Shown here piece by piece: positions 63,998-64,000 of a DNA stretch of 64,000 bases. The translations under genes and the position numbers were made by a program. The notes beneath the pieces are model-generated. The model had not been told where the DNA came from. It did not search any database and saw nothing but the letters and a program-made list of their open reading frames with translations. Source of the stretch: Candidatus Beckwithbacteria bacterium GW2011_GWC1_49_16 (GTDB taxonomy: Bacteria; Patescibacteriota; Microgenomatia; UBA1400; CG1-02-47-37); the NCBI GenBank assembly GCA_001029675.1, contig CP011210.1, positions 948,891-1,012,890 of the forward strand, read 5' to 3'. Within the stretch, counting starts at the first letter, position 1; every line of letters starts with the position of its first letter.

Positions 63998-64000
63998 GGG

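Noticed and set aside
1-64000. CRISPR arrays, rRNA operons, transposase/integrase genes, alternative genetic code (UGA recoding)
   Set aside because: No regular repeat-spacer arrays or rRNA-like segments were seen, no recognisable transposase or integrase ORFs, and long ORFs are intact under the standard code.

Overview
This 64-kb window has a ~50% GC, gene-dense (>90% coding) standard-code bacterial sequence whose gene content resembles a Gram-positive-like, reduced-genome organism of the Patescibacteria/CPR type. Its right end probably sits at the replication origin, with the conserved neighbourhood rnhA–jag–yidC–yidD–rnpA–rpmH | dnaA–dnaN and DnaA boxes. Housekeeping genes are clearly recognisable: groES/groEL, ruvCAB, metG, valS, tpiA, rpsT, rplY, tatD, pcrA/uvrD, rmuC, a MurJ fragment and one tRNA-Cys(GCA). 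Two membrane-embedded glycan-assembly clusters are present: GT-C/PMT-like, DUF2029/GT87-like and LCP at 6.8–11.8 kb, and a processive GT2, ArnT-like GT-C, WecA/MraY-family and UbiA-family prenyl-phosphate phosphoribosyltransferase at 25.7–31.1 kb. There is a pilN–pilO block followed by three low-complexity, Cys-rich surface proteins. A Phd(AbrB-type)/Doc toxin–antitoxin pair is transcribed divergently from a CIRCE-like element upstream of groESL. A tandem pair of FemAB homologues is present. The two most unusual sequence-level observations are: (i) a ~359-aa intein, with clear Cys1 / TxxH / ...HNFVANNVVVHN|S blocks, interrupting helicase motif III of a 1366-aa UvrD-family helicase fused to a Cas4-like four-Cys PD-(D/E)xK nuclease; and (ii) a family of ~65–80-bp miniature palindromic repeats bounded by the near-palindromic 13-mer AAGGTCCGACCTT or its reverse complement. 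Three of these sit in the same reading frame inside one composite ORF (each translated as RSDL…NSRL…RSDL), one sits in the valS leader, and solo 13-mers lie inside a glycosyltransferase gene and next to the origin. All calls rest on reading motifs in the sequence; no database searches were possible.
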